A stretch of 64,000 bases of DNA. It comes from Deltaproteobacteria bacterium. Lineage in GTDB: Bacteria > Desulfobacterota_D > UBA1144 > Nemesobacterales > UBA2774. Under the pieces are notes generated by a model, which had not been told where the DNA came from, ran no database searches, and was given only the letters and a program-made list of their open reading frames with translations. Positions 31,082 to 40,632 of this stretch are shown here, piece by piece. The translations under genes were made by a program, and so were the position numbers. Each line of letters begins with the position of its first letter. The first letter of the stretch is position 1. The stretch is taken from positions 4,284-68,283 of the forward strand of contig JAJCZS010000009.1 of NCBI GenBank assembly GCA_029262275.1, in the 5' to 3' direction.

Positions 31082-31639
31082 ATGAGTAAAAATTCTTTTG
31101 GAATCTCAGTAGTAGTACTGGCAGTGGCTATAATAGTTTCCGTTTTTTCAGTTTCCGTAAATGCCGATAAGGCTCCGTCTCCCGCAGATCTAAATGATCT
31201 AGAAATAGCACATGTAGCATATACGGCAGACAATATAGATATTCGTTATGCTCACCTAGCACTCGCAAAATCCAAAAACCCGGTAGTAATAGAGTTTGCC
31301 GAAATAATGGTTCGAGATCATACTGGAGTTAACGAGCAGGCATTGGCTCTTCTTAAAGAACTCAATGCACAGCCGCAGGATAACTTCCTGAGCCAGCAGC
31401 TTAATCAACAAGCTGATAAGCTAGTTGAAGAGATGAGTGCTTTAAATGGAGCTGAGTTTGACAAAGCCTACGCAGAAAACGAGCTTGCTTACCACAAGGC
31501 AGTAAATGGTTTAGTTGAAGGTACTTTCATCCCAAATATTCAGAATCCACAAATGAAAGTGCTTTTCGAACAGGCACTTGTAATCTTTAAGGCCCATCAG
31601 GATAAAGCTCAAAATATGGTTGAGGCGGTTAACAAATAA
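31082..31639 (+). CDS. DUF4142 domain secreted protein (ferritin-like)
   Basis: LNDLEIAH...MVRDH...FDKAY...ELAYH pattern. Confidence 0.85.
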   Translation: MSKNSFGISVVVLAVAIIVSVFSVSVNADKAPSPADLNDLEIAHVAYTADNIDIRYAHLALAKSKNPVVIEFAEIMVRDHTGVNEQALALLKELNAQPQDNFLSQQLNQQADKLVEEMSALNGAEFDKAYAENELAYHKAVNGLVEGTFIPNIQNPQMKVLFEQALVIFKAHQDKAQNMVEAVNK

Positions 31640-31640
31640 T

Positions 31641-31997
31641 ATGACAATACTAAAAACATCGTTAAGGACTGTAATGGTTTTAACATTTACAGTCCTTATT
31701 TCTGGATCGTTGTTGCCCGGTTTAGTTGGTGACTCAAAGAGCGAAGAACATACTGTAGAGATAAGAAATCTTCAGTTTACTCCACAGGAGCTAAATGTGG
31801 CACCAGGTGATACAATTATCTGGATTAACCATGATTTTGTTCCACACACTGTCACAGCAGACAATGAAAGTTGGGACTCTGGACTCATCAAAGCAAATGG
31901 ACAATGGCAGCTAGTTGTCAAAGAAGAAATGCTCACAACCTATTTTTGTCGTTATCACCCGACTATGAAAGCAGGATTTCAAATAGGGCAAAAATAG
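31641..31997 (+). CDS. cupredoxin (plastocyanin/azurin-like) copper protein
   Basis: PHTV and CRYHPTM type-1 Cu ligands. Confidence 0.85.
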   Translation: MTILKTSLRTVMVLTFTVLISGSLLPGLVGDSKSEEHTVEIRNLQFTPQELNVAPGDTIIWINHDFVPHTVTADNESWDSGLIKANGQWQLVVKEEMLTTYFCRYHPTMKAGFQIGQK

Positions 31998-32000
31998 TTT

Positions 32001-32117
32001 AGTGAACACGTAGATAAAAACAGACAGACTGAATGGAAAAAAGATATAACAGGAAATATCGTAAAGGCTTACGAGAACTGGCCTAACATTAAAGATAAAG
32101 CCACATCAGACCTATAA
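32001..32117 (+). pseudogene. 3' remnant of a YHS-domain gene, paralogue of 35869-36333
   Basis: In-frame WKKDITGNIVKAYENWPNIKDKATSDL* versus WFEDIPGNIVKANKHWPNIKDKDPADL*; no start codon; followed by a terminator hairpin (32128-32168). Confidence 0.75.
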
Positions 32118-32443
32118 CCTCTTTCTGAGACCGGAAGGGCTTATTTTTACGTCCTTCTGGTCTTTTTTGCCACCACAACAATCTAAACTATAGTTATAAG
32201 TGTATTGGATACTATCTTCTTTACACCAAACGTAATTATGTTTCTCCCTATAGTATTTAAACTCAAAAGATCTCAATCCTTTGCTCCTTGGATTGTAAAA
32301 TACTATCTTTGTCTACTTGAAGAAATACAGCCTTTATATCTTCATTATTAGTTATATGAAAATATACTTTAAGTTGCATTCTTTATAAGATTATGATTAT
32401 AATGGGGATATCATGCGGGAGATGACAATTTGTATTCAAAAAT

Positions 32444-34048
32444 ATGAATAACAATAAGTCTGAGGCTAAAGAAACTTCACGGTTAATTACTACCGATGGT
32501 AAATTCTCTGATGAATCCATTAAGATTCTAGTTGAAAAAACTATATCCGTTACTGGCAAAGAGTTTTTTAATATACTTGTGAAAAACCTCTCAGATGTAT
32601 TAGGAGTTAACTATGTATTTGTGTCGAAATGTCTTAATATCGAAAGAACTAGAGTAAGAACTCTGGCTTTCTGGGAAAAGAACAAATTTGGTGATGCATT
32701 GGAATATGATCTTCAAGGAACTCCTTGTAAGAATGTTATTTCTGGTGAGTTTTGTTGTTATGATGATAATGTAATCAGCTTATATCCTGATGATAAGGAT
32801 TTAATATATTATGATGCCAAATGTTATTTGGGCATTCCTATTTATAATTCAAAAAACTTAGTCGTAGGACATCTTGCTATTTTTAATGATGAATCCTTTA
32901 GCGAAATTTCTAGATATTATTCAATCTTACAAATTTTTGCTCTGAGGGCTGGTGCAGAAATGGAAAGACTTAAGATGGAAGATTCATTAAGGCAGAGTCA
33001 TGACAACCTGGAAAAAGCCTTCAAAGAAATTGAAAAACTTAAAGATAAGCTAGAGATGGAAAACCAGTCTCTTCAGGAAGAAATAAAAACATCTCATAAC
33101 CATGAAGAGATAATCGGCGACAGCAAGATTCTTAAAGAAATAATGAGTAAGGTCGAAACCGTATCTCTTACAGATTCGACGGTATTAATCAGAGGAGACA
33201 CAGGAACGGGTAAGGAGCGTATAGCAAGGGCCATTCATAATCTAAGTTCAAGAAATGAAAGAGCACTAATCAAAGTCAATTGTCCTGCAATTCCCTCAGG
33301 ATTAATTGAGAGTGAATTGTTCGGGCACGAAAAGGGTGCATTTACTGGAGCACTTACTAAGAAAATCGGAAAATTCGAATTAGCTGACGGTGGCTCTATT
33401 TTCCTAGATGAATTAGGAGATCTCCCTATAGATGCTCAGGCAAAACTGCTTAGAGTTCTGCAGGAAAGAGAGTTTGAACGTGTTGGCGGAGCTGAAACTA
33501 AGGAAGTGGATGTCCGAGTAATTGCTGCAACAAATAGGGATTTGGAAACTGCTGTAAAGGAAGGTAAGTTTCGGGCAGATCTATATTACAGATTAAATGT
33601 GTTTCCATTAGTTCTACCTTCTCTTAAAGATCGTAAAGAAGATATCCCGATGCTTGCTACCTACTTTACACAGAAATATTCACGCAGAATGGGCAGAAAT
33701 ATAAGTTCCATAAATGAAGAAGATGTCGCTAGATTAAAATCCTATTCATGGCCTGGGAATATAAGAGAATTGGAAAATGTTATTGAAAGAGCGGTTATTC
33801 TCTCTAAAAGTAATAAACTCGAGATAAATGAAGAATTTTTTGGAGCATTGTCTGACTTGATTACTAGTGATGATAAGAGTTTAAACTTGGAGGATATTGA
33901 GCGAAACCACATTGTTGATGTTTTAAACAAAACCAATTGGAAAATAAATGGTGACGATGGTGCTGCAAAAATATTGGGTATAAACCCCAGTACTCTCAGA
34001 AGTCGGATGGCTAAATTAGGTATCGAAAAAATAAATGCACTTAAATAG
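32444..34048 (+). CDS. sigma-54-dependent enhancer-binding protein (GAF-AAA+-Fis HTH, FhlA-like)
   Basis: GDTGTGKE, ESELFGHEKGAFTGA, FLDE, WPGNIREL, C-terminal HTH. Confidence 0.95.
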   Translation: MNNNKSEAKETSRLITTDGKFSDESIKILVEKTISVTGKEFFNILVKNLSDVLGVNYVFVSKCLNIERTRVRTLAFWEKNKFGDALEYDLQGTPCKNVISGEFCCYDDNVISLYPDDKDLIYYDAKCYLGIPIYNSKNLVVGHLAIFNDESFSEISRYYSILQIFALRAGAEMERLKMEDSLRQSHDNLEKAFKEIEKLKDKLEMENQSLQEEIKTSHNHEEIIGDSKILKEIMSKVETVSLTDSTVLIRGDTGTGKERIARAIHNLSSRNERALIKVNCPAIPSGLIESELFGHEKGAFTGALTKKIGKFELADGGSIFLDELGDLPIDAQAKLLRVLQEREFERVGGAETKEVDVRVIAATNRDLETAVKEGKFRADLYYRLNVFPLVLPSLKDRKEDIPMLATYFTQKYSRRMGRNISSINEEDVARLKSYSWPGNIRELENVIERAVILSKSNKLEINEEFFGALSDLITSDDKSLNLEDIERNHIVDVLNKTNWKINGDDGAAKILGINPSTLRSRMAKLGIEKINALK

Positions 34049-34194
34049 GAATTCCTGATTGTTATTAAATCCCATAATATCTCTATATTTCATAAGTATT
34101 AATACACAAGATCTGTAATCAAATTATTATGTTTAATTCTAATAGTGCTATAATCCATTAACTTTTAGGCAGTATTAATTGTCTGACTTAATAG

Positions 34195-34210
34195 TGGCAT
34201 GGGTCTTGCA
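34195..34210 (+). promoter_or_regulatory. sigma-54 -24/-12 promoter upstream of the STAS gene
   Basis: TGGCAT-GGGTC-TTGCA. Confidence 0.75.
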
Positions 34211-34257
34211 ATATATCAAGTTGTGTAAATAAGAAGCTATTTTAGAGGTAATTAGTA

Positions 34258-34539
34258 GTGTTCAGAATCACTTTATTGTACAAAGATGATAGATCTATAA
34301 AGTTGAAGATCGATGGGAGACTATCGGGCTCATTTGTAATGGAATTAAAAAAAGAGTATTTAAAGCTTCAAGAAGAAAATAATATAATGTTAATACTAGA
34401 TCTCTCGGGAGTAAGTTATATAGAATCAGAGGCGATATTAATGTTAGAACAGCTACCCAGTGATAGTATGAAGATTGTTGACAGCCCAATCTTCATACAG
34501 AAACAATTGCAACATATCATATCCAAGGAAACGGATTAA
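34258..34539 (+). CDS. STAS domain protein
   Basis: LKIDGRL...LDLSGVSYIES pattern. Confidence 0.75.
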   Translation: MFRITLLYKDDRSIKLKIDGRLSGSFVMELKKEYLKLQEENNIMLILDLSGVSYIESEAILMLEQLPSDSMKIVDSPIFIQKQLQHIISKETD

Positions 34540-34778
34540 ATGTTTGTATTTATTCAAGAAAGCCTTGTTTTAAATCATATATAGAAAGTATTAACCTTAT
34601 CTCAGTATTTTTAGATTCCTTTCCATACAAAGTAGTACTCATAAATTCCTATTGTTTAATTTTCGAAGCAAATTAAGCAATCATATAGACAGGGTATATG
34701 AATAGTATATTAAATCGATAGGACTGATGTAAGCAAATTTCAATTCTAATAACATGTACCTCTCATATTTATCGTAGA

Positions 34779-34794
34779 TTGTGAAATTTCACAA
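34779..34794. promoter_or_regulatory. perfect 16-bp palindrome, candidate EBP enhancer site
   Basis: TTGTGAAATTTCACAA about 130 bp upstream of a -24/-12 promoter. Confidence 0.5.
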
Positions 34795-34922
34795 ATTTAT
34801 CACATAACATAAATATTTAGCTCTTCAGAAACAATTCAATATTCAAAATGTACCACTCCTACTTTAATTTAATGTAGTTATATAAGGTAGTTATGTTGTC
34901 TGTGCGCCCCTCAAATAATCTT

Positions 34923-34938
34923 TGGCACACTCTTTGCA
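34923..34938 (+). promoter_or_regulatory. sigma-54 -24/-12 promoter upstream of the ECF sigma gene
   Basis: TGGCAC-ACTCT-TTGCA. Confidence 0.8.
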
Positions 34939-34993
34939 CTTAGTACGATCGTGTTAGTTAACATTCTGAAAAATAGAATAAAGGAGAGAAAAG

Positions 34994-35722
34994 ATGAGAA
35001 ATACAAATTTGGCAGAAGTTAGTAGTGTGCAAGATTTAACATCCTATCAGGGTGAACAGAGAGTAATAAAGTACAAATTAAAGTCACCACTAATTGATCA
35101 TTCTGAGGAATTTTCATTCATAGGATATAGAAATGAGGATGATGAAAATTTGGTGAGACTATATCTCGAGCATGAAGATGAGTGGGCATTTAATGAGATT
35201 GTAAACAGATATAGCTGCAAGATATACAGATTGGCACTTAAATACACAAAAAATGAAAGAAATGCTGACGATATTCTTCAAGAAGTTTTCTTAACACTTG
35301 TAGAAAAGCTCGGAACATTTAGAAACGAATCTAAATTCTCTACTTGGCTATATAGCATAGCTAAAAATACTAGCCTGATGTATTTGAGAAGTAATAAAAA
35401 GTATCAAGATGAAAAACAGCTTATAGAAGAAACATTCGGTGAGAAAGAAGCTGCGTACAATATGCCAGCAGAAGATTGGAGATTTATTCCAGATCAAATA
35501 CTCATGGAAGAGAAGGAAAGGCAGAGAATCAACAAAGCATTGATGGAGATACCTGAAATTTACCGTACGGTTCTCCAGCTGAAAGACATGGAAGGACATA
35601 CAAATCAAGAAATTGGCAAATTATTAGGATTGAGCTTAAGTGCTGTTAAATCCAGAGCTAGGAGAGCAAGGATTCAGTTTAAGGATAAATTGTCTAAGTA
35701 CAACTTAGTGGGGCTGATCTAA
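34994..35722 (+). CDS. ECF (sigma-70 group 4) RNA polymerase sigma factor
   Basis: DILQEVF, FSTWLYSIAKN, EIGKLLGLSLSAVKSRARRAR. Confidence 0.9.
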   Translation: MRNTNLAEVSSVQDLTSYQGEQRVIKYKLKSPLIDHSEEFSFIGYRNEDDENLVRLYLEHEDEWAFNEIVNRYSCKIYRLALKYTKNERNADDILQEVFLTLVEKLGTFRNESKFSTWLYSIAKNTSLMYLRSNKKYQDEKQLIEETFGEKEAAYNMPAEDWRFIPDQILMEEKERQRINKALMEIPEIYRTVLQLKDMEGHTNQEIGKLLGLSLSAVKSRARRARIQFKDKLSKYNLVGLI

Positions 35723-35868
35723 GAGATCAGCTCCTAACAAATATTCTCACAAGGGGGTCATGAATATATAAACAAACAATTTGTTCAATGTCAGTGCATT
35801 AAAGAATTAGATATTTAGAGTACACATAAGGACGGAAAGTCTAACAAAAACAAACTAAATAGGAGGTT

Positions 35869-36333
35869 ATGATGAATAAAATTAAATCAATTATGTTAAC
35901 AGTTTTAGTTGTAGCGGTAAGTTTTTTTTCAGTTAATTCTTTTGCGGCATATGTACAAGAAAGCACAACTGGCGTTCTAGGTTATGACCTTGTTGCATAC
36001 CATACAGAAGGCAAACCTGTAAGAGGTGACGGAAACAACCTAGTTGTAATTGACGAAGTGACTTATCTTTTTGCCAACGAGGCAAACAAGAAGGCATTTG
36101 AAGCGAACCCTAATAAATATCTTCCTGCATACGGAGGTTACTGTGCATATGGTACATCAGTAGGTAAGAAGTTTGTCGGAGATCCTGAAGCATGGAAAAT
36201 AGTAGATGGAACTCTATATCTTAATCTCGATAAAAAGATCCAGAAAATATGGTTTGAAGATATTCCAGGCAATATAGTGAAGGCTAATAAGCATTGGCCA
36301 AATATTAAAGACAAAGATCCCGCAGATCTTTAA
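35869..36333 (+). CDS. secreted YHS domain protein (Cys form of the YHS seleno-protein family)
   Basis: GYDLVAY, YLPAYGGYCAYG, WKIVDGTLYLN. Confidence 0.9.
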   Translation: MMNKIKSIMLTVLVVAVSFFSVNSFAAYVQESTTGVLGYDLVAYHTEGKPVRGDGNNLVVIDEVTYLFANEANKKAFEANPNKYLPAYGGYCAYGTSVGKKFVGDPEAWKIVDGTLYLNLDKKIQKIWFEDIPGNIVKANKHWPNIKDKDPADL

Positions 36334-36360
36334 TTAAATATAGAATACAACTTGGCATAG

Positions 36361-36399
36361 AAAAGGAGTACAAGCTTAATTGTTTGTACTCCTTTTTTT
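36361..36399. terminator. intrinsic terminator between the YHS and TetR genes
   Basis: AAAAGGAGTACAA...TTGTACTCCTTTT stem with T tract. Confidence 0.7.
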
Positions 36400-36407
36400 A
36401 TGAGATA

Positions 36408-36977
36408 TTACTTATTATCTAATAGCATGTTTGGCAAGTTTTTAAGAAAGCTTTTAAAAAGTTTTGGGTCATTCATTCCTCTAGACATAACTAGAGAGCC
36501 CTGAAGCATGGCAATAGCATTTTCTGCTCTCTTTCTGCTTTCTTTCCTGCTTAATCCGCTTTCAACAAGCACATTTGACAGTGTTTTAATCCAAACTTCA
36601 AATGCTTCTTTAATATGACTTGTAAAGGGACCTTTTACCATCTCAGGAGATGCCAACATATTTAGTAAACAGGAGTTGTTCCCGCCTGTGTAAAATTCAT
36701 CAAGTTTTTTTGACATTATTTTGATTTTTTTCTCTGGACTTATATCTGTAGTTAATGGAGCCACAATATTTTCTCCTACCCAATTTCCTGCTCGGTTGAG
36801 CACCTCAAGTGCCATTTCTTCTTTTCCACCTGGGAATCTATGATAAAGGCTCGCTTTTTGAAGACCAGTTGCTTTAGAGAGTATGTTTAACGAAGCACCT
36901 TCATAACCATAATCACGAAAGGTTTGAGTAAGTTTTGTCATCAGAGTATCGTCATCAATCCTTTTAGTTCTAGCCAT
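36408..36977 (-). CDS. TetR/AcrR family regulator
   Basis: GYEGASL...GLQKASLYHRFPGGKEE. Confidence 0.92.
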   Translation of the reverse strand: MARTKRIDDDTLMTKLTQTFRDYGYEGASLNILSKATGLQKASLYHRFPGGKEEMALEVLNRAGNWVGENIVAPLTTDISPEKKIKIMSKKLDEFYTGGNNSCLLNMLASPEMVKGPFTSHIKEAFEVWIKTLSNVLVESGLSRKESRKRAENAIAMLQGSLVMSRGMNDPKLFKSFLKNLPNMLLDNK

Positions 36978-37066
36978 TAGTATCTCCTTTGAGTATCCAG
37001 TTCAGTTCATGTCAAGCCCCCAGAAATAGGTCCACCTTTTAAGTTATAAATTTTCATATATTTTCT

Positions 37067-37948
37067 CTAATGAGTTGATATAAATATTTGTTCATTTTCT
37101 TTGGTTTTTTTGTCTTTAACAATAGCTCTTGGAGCTGGTGGTTTGTATCCAAGTGAGCTGTGTGGTCTAACCTCATTGTAGTGTCTTCTCCACTGCTCTA
37201 TCAGTATCTGTGCTTCTTTGAGTGTGTAAAATATCTCTGTGTTAAGTAGCTCATCCCTTAGCTTTCCATTAAAACTCTCGTTGTATCCATTCTCCCAGGG
37301 TGACCCAGGTTCTATATATGCAGTCTTTACTCCAAGGCTTCCTATCCACTCCCTTGTGATTTTTGCTGTAAACTCACTACCGTTATCTGAACGTATGTAG
37401 TTAGGAACTCCCTCTGTAATGAACAGAGTGCTTAGTGTGTCTAATACATCGTCAGCTTTTAAAGATGAACCTACACGTATTGCAAGACACTTTCTTGTAT
37501 ATTCATCTATCACAGTAAGCATCCTTATCTTCTTTCCGTTATGAAGTCTGTCTGAAACAAAGTCATAACTCCACACATGGTTCTTATAGAGAGGTCTGAG
37601 TCTTATACAGGAGCCGTCATTTAAGTAAAGTCTTGCTCTTTTAGGTTGTTTCTTGGGTACTTTAAGTCCTTCCTCTTTCCATATCCTCTCCACTCTTTTA
37701 TGATTCACTACCCATCCCTCAGCTCTAAGTAATGCTGTAATACGTCTATATCCGTATCTTCCGTATTTACCAGCAAGACGTACTATATCTTCTCTTATTA
37801 CCTCTTCTTCCCCTGATTTGTTTGGTTGATGACGCTGCACCGAGCGTGGCTGCCCTAAAACCCTACATGCTCTACGCTCTGATACTCCTAGTTTTTGCTG
37901 TATATGCACTACACATCTGCGTCTACGTTCGGTGCTTAGTAGTTTCCC
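37067..37948 (-). CDS. IS3 transposase OrfB (DDE), reached by -1 frameshift
   Basis: [28 protein letters not shown] motifs; frame open back to the slippery site. Confidence 0.92.
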   Translation of the reverse strand, partial: GKLLSTERRRRCVVHIQQKLGVSERRACRVLGQPRSVQRHQPNKSGEEEVIREDIVRLAGKYGRYGYRRITALLRAEGWVVNHKRVERIWKEEGLKVPKKQPKRARLYLNDGSCIRLRPLYKNHVWSYDFVSDRLHNGKKIRMLTVIDEYTRKCLAIRVGSSLKADDVLDTLSTLFITEGVPNYIRSDNGSEFTAKITREWIGSLGVKTAYIEPGSPWENGYNESFNGKLRDELLNTEIFYTLKEAQILIEQWRRHYNEVRPHSSLGYKPPAPRAIVKDKKTKENEQIFISTH

Positions 37949-38214
37949 TCTGATGATTCCTTAAGTATTTGATTATCCAGTGTAAGGTCTGCTACTGCTC
38001 TCTTTAGTCTTGAGTTCTCTTTCTCTAGTTCTTTTAGCCGTTTTGCCTGATTGACTTGCATACCACCGTATTCCTTCCTCCAGCGGTAATAAGTGTTCAC
38101 TGTTACCCCTATCTCTCTGCATATCTCTGATAGATTCCTGCCCTCAGAAGAGAGTACTTCTGCTTGACGAAGTAGCCTTATTATCTGCTCTGGGGTATAA
38201 CGTTTCCTGCCCAT
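37936..38214 (-). CDS. IS3 transposase OrfA (HTH)
   Basis: KRYTPEQII...[11 protein letters not shown]...LEKENSRLK. Confidence 0.92.
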   Translation of the reverse strand: MGRKRYTPEQIIRLLRQAEVLSSEGRNLSEICREIGVTVNTYYRWRKEYGGMQVNQAKRLKELEKENSRLKRAVADLTLDNQILKESSEGNY

Positions 38215-38294
38215 TCATCTGTCCTCCTATGTATAGGGTTTTCTCTCTAAAAAATATCTTAACTTATGGTCCTATTATAGGGGGGAAGGTCACC

Positions 38295-38372
38295 CTTAAA
38301 ACCACTCATTTTTACCCCTTCTTAGCAAGTATACAGGAGAGAGTTAGACTCAGAAGCCGACCTAGGCATTAG
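38295..38372 (+). repeat. second copy of the element left end (P' arm remnant + integrase tail), 64/78 nt identical to 22976-23053
   Basis: Manual alignment without gaps; translates LKTTHFYPFLASIQERVRLRSRPRH*. Confidence 0.85.
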
Positions 38373-38488
38373 CTATCAGTAAACCCTTCGAACGATTGTT
38401 CTTTTAAAACTTCTTGAATTAACTTATGAAACTGTGATAAAATTTCTGCATCTAAGCAGGAGAGAAAACACATTTTAGGAGCTGAAGG

Positions 38489-39382
38489 ATGAAGAGATTA
38501 AATACTATTCATATTACTATATTATTTGTTTTCACTGTGTTATTTGGTATAGAAACCACATGGGCACAACCAGAAGAAATCACATTTAACTTCACAGGGG
38601 ATCAACAATCATTTGTAGTTCCACCTAATGTTTTTAGTATCCATATCCAAGCCTGGGGTGCTCAAGGTGCAAATGTTGTCGGTCCTCAAACTACGGGACT
38701 AGGGGGATTAGGGGGTATGGCAGAGGGAGATTTAGAGGTTACTCCTGGACAAGTACTTGAAATATTTGTAGGGGGTCAAGGTTGTGTCCAGTCTACATTT
38801 GAATTAGGGTGTGGAGGTTTCAATGGTGGTGGAAATGCACAAGGTTCAACAGGGAATGAACGAGGTGGTGGTGGTGGAGCTTCCGATGTTAGAGTAGGTG
38901 GAACAACTTTGAATAACAGAGTGATAGTTGCGGCAGGTGGCGGAGGAGCTTGTCCTTTTTCAGTTAGACCGGGTGGCAATGGAGGAGGACTAATAGGTGA
39001 TGCTGGAGGTGGTTTAGCTGGACAAGGTGGAACACAGAACGCTGGAGGGGAGGGTTTCTCTGTTCCACTGTGTCTGTCTGGGGGATTTGGTTTCGGCGGT
39101 GATGCCGCTGTTGCGATTGGAATATGTTCTGGCGGTGGTGGTGGCTGGTATGGCGGTGGTAGCGGCTGCGGTGCAGGCGGTGGCTCATCCTACATTGACG
39201 GTGTAACCAATGGTAATACGGCTCCTGGAATTAGAGATGGAGATGGTATGGTTGTTATTATGTTTACACCCCCAGTAGTGAGAAACGTCCCTACCCTATC
39301 CGAATGGGGTCTAATTGCAATGGCTACTCTTTTTGGAATCGTAGGATTTATAGTAATAAGAAGAAGGGAACTAACAACGTAG
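38489..39382 (+). CDS. glycine-rich (ALK/LTK-type Gly-rich domain) IPTL-CTERM surface protein
   Basis: AWGAQG, GGGGASDVR, GGGGGWYGGG; C-terminal VPTLSEWG + TM helix + RRR. Confidence 0.85.
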   Translation: MKRLNTIHITILFVFTVLFGIETTWAQPEEITFNFTGDQQSFVVPPNVFSIHIQAWGAQGANVVGPQTTGLGGLGGMAEGDLEVTPGQVLEIFVGGQGCVQSTFELGCGGFNGGGNAQGSTGNERGGGGGASDVRVGGTTLNNRVIVAAGGGGACPFSVRPGGNGGGLIGDAGGGLAGQGGTQNAGGEGFSVPLCLSGGFGFGGDAAVAIGICSGGGGGWYGGGSGCGAGGGSSYIDGVTNGNTAPGIRDGDGMVVIMFTPPVVRNVPTLSEWGLIAMATLFGIVGFIVIRRRELTT

Positions 39383-39529
39383 AGAAAAATTGCTATTCCA
39401 ATTAATTTCTTCAAGGGAGCTTGGCACAAAAGTGTCCGCTCCCTTTTTTATTTTAAAATCTTTTTAGTTATTGGTATTGATTAATGTGTTCTCAGCATGA
39501 TAAAGTGAGATTTAGATAAAGGAGGATGC

Positions 39530-40201
39530 ATGATATCAAAGTACAGAAGAAGAAAATTATATATCTACCCAAAGATAACAGAAGAAGAATTTGTAAAAAA
39601 AGTTAAAGAAAACCCTTTCTGTATACACAAAGATATAAAAGTTATTAGGTCTTTATATGTTTTAGAAACCTGTTGTTTATCTAGGAATACAAAAATTAGT
39701 GATACAGCCAAGAACATCCTTAGTAAAGTTGGTCTAGAGGCGTTTATTCCCAAAGGCTCAAAGAAGCGTAAGAGTACAGATGTAAATTTAAAAAGAATAG
39801 GTCCTAGAAAGATCTATTTTTCTATAAAGAGTTATGAATATGAATTAAAAACTACACTTGATAAAAGATACTCTTCAAAACAGATAGATAAAAAGAAGAG
39901 AGATATAAAACGAGTCTATAAGAACCTCTTTAATGTCGACCCTTCAGAATCGGACCTTGTTATGTTTTGTAAATTAGAAGGTAAAAGAAACATAGCAATA
40001 ATGTTTTTCTGTTCAGTTCATAACATTAAACATAGATATGAATCAGTGAGAGTGAAATATCACGAACTTATAAAAAATAATATAAAAGAAAATTTGATGT
40101 CTGAAGTACCTAGATTGTTTATAGATTTACAACATCTGAAGTACTTTATTAAAAATAAGTATTACAGTAAAATGTTCCTGTATTATAAAAACATCCCTTA
40201 A
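39530..40201 (+). CDS. hypothetical basic (Lys-rich) protein
   Basis: 223-aa ORF with AAGGAGG RBS; no motif recognised. Confidence 0.6.
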   Translation: MISKYRRRKLYIYPKITEEEFVKKVKENPFCIHKDIKVIRSLYVLETCCLSRNTKISDTAKNILSKVGLEAFIPKGSKKRKSTDVNLKRIGPRKIYFSIKSYEYELKTTLDKRYSSKQIDKKKRDIKRVYKNLFNVDPSESDLVMFCKLEGKRNIAIMFFCSVHNIKHRYESVRVKYHELIKNNIKENLMSEVPRLFIDLQHLKYFIKNKYYSKMFLYYKNIP

Positions 40202-40632
40202 AAATTAACCTTATCCTTGTCTCAATTTAGTTGAAAGAAACCTTTTGATTTTTCTTAACCATTTAACTACTCCATTTTAAGTTAAGTTCTATTCATAGTA
40301 ATTAAAGTAGCAGAAACGGACTAGTTATAATGGAAATTAATAACCAAAAAAACCACATTATAAAAGTTAAATATAAACCAGTTAGCTCATCAGCAAATAA
40401 GCTAGAAGACTTAATAAAGCTACTTGCTAATTCAAGAAACACGAAGTCCTATAAAACTCATGAACCAAAGTGTGATAGTCATAAAAAGAGTAGAAAATAG
40501 ATGATTTTCAACAAACAAGTCGGGGAAATACGAGGGGTTTATATATATAGTTTATTTAACTTGATTACATACTACTCCCTTCAAAATACAAACTTACTAT
40601 TATCAATTCTAATTTTTTTAAGGAGAATAGAT

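Larger units (their letters stand above)
37010..38292 (-). mobile_element. IS3-family insertion sequence (IS407-group-like), about 1283 bp, no target-site duplication
   Basis: Imperfect terminal IRs TGACCTTCCCCCCTATAATAGGACCA / TGTCAAGCCCCCAGAAATAGGTCCA; orfA/orfB; GGGAAAC slippery site at 37942-37948. Confidence 0.9.

Noticed and set aside
32444-34048. Calling the EBP NorR or FhlA
   Set aside because: The GAF region does not clearly match the NorR iron-ligand spacing, and the long FhlA N terminus is absent; left as GAF-type EBP.
35869-36333. Selenocysteine recoding in the YHS protein
   Set aside because: The relevant codon in GGYCAYG is TGT (Cys) and there is no in-frame TGA.
36990-37016. 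IS3-created hybrid promoter for the TetR gene (outward TTGACA)
   Set aside because: No acceptable -10 at 16-18 bp spacing; the best match (GATACT) is only 12 bp away.
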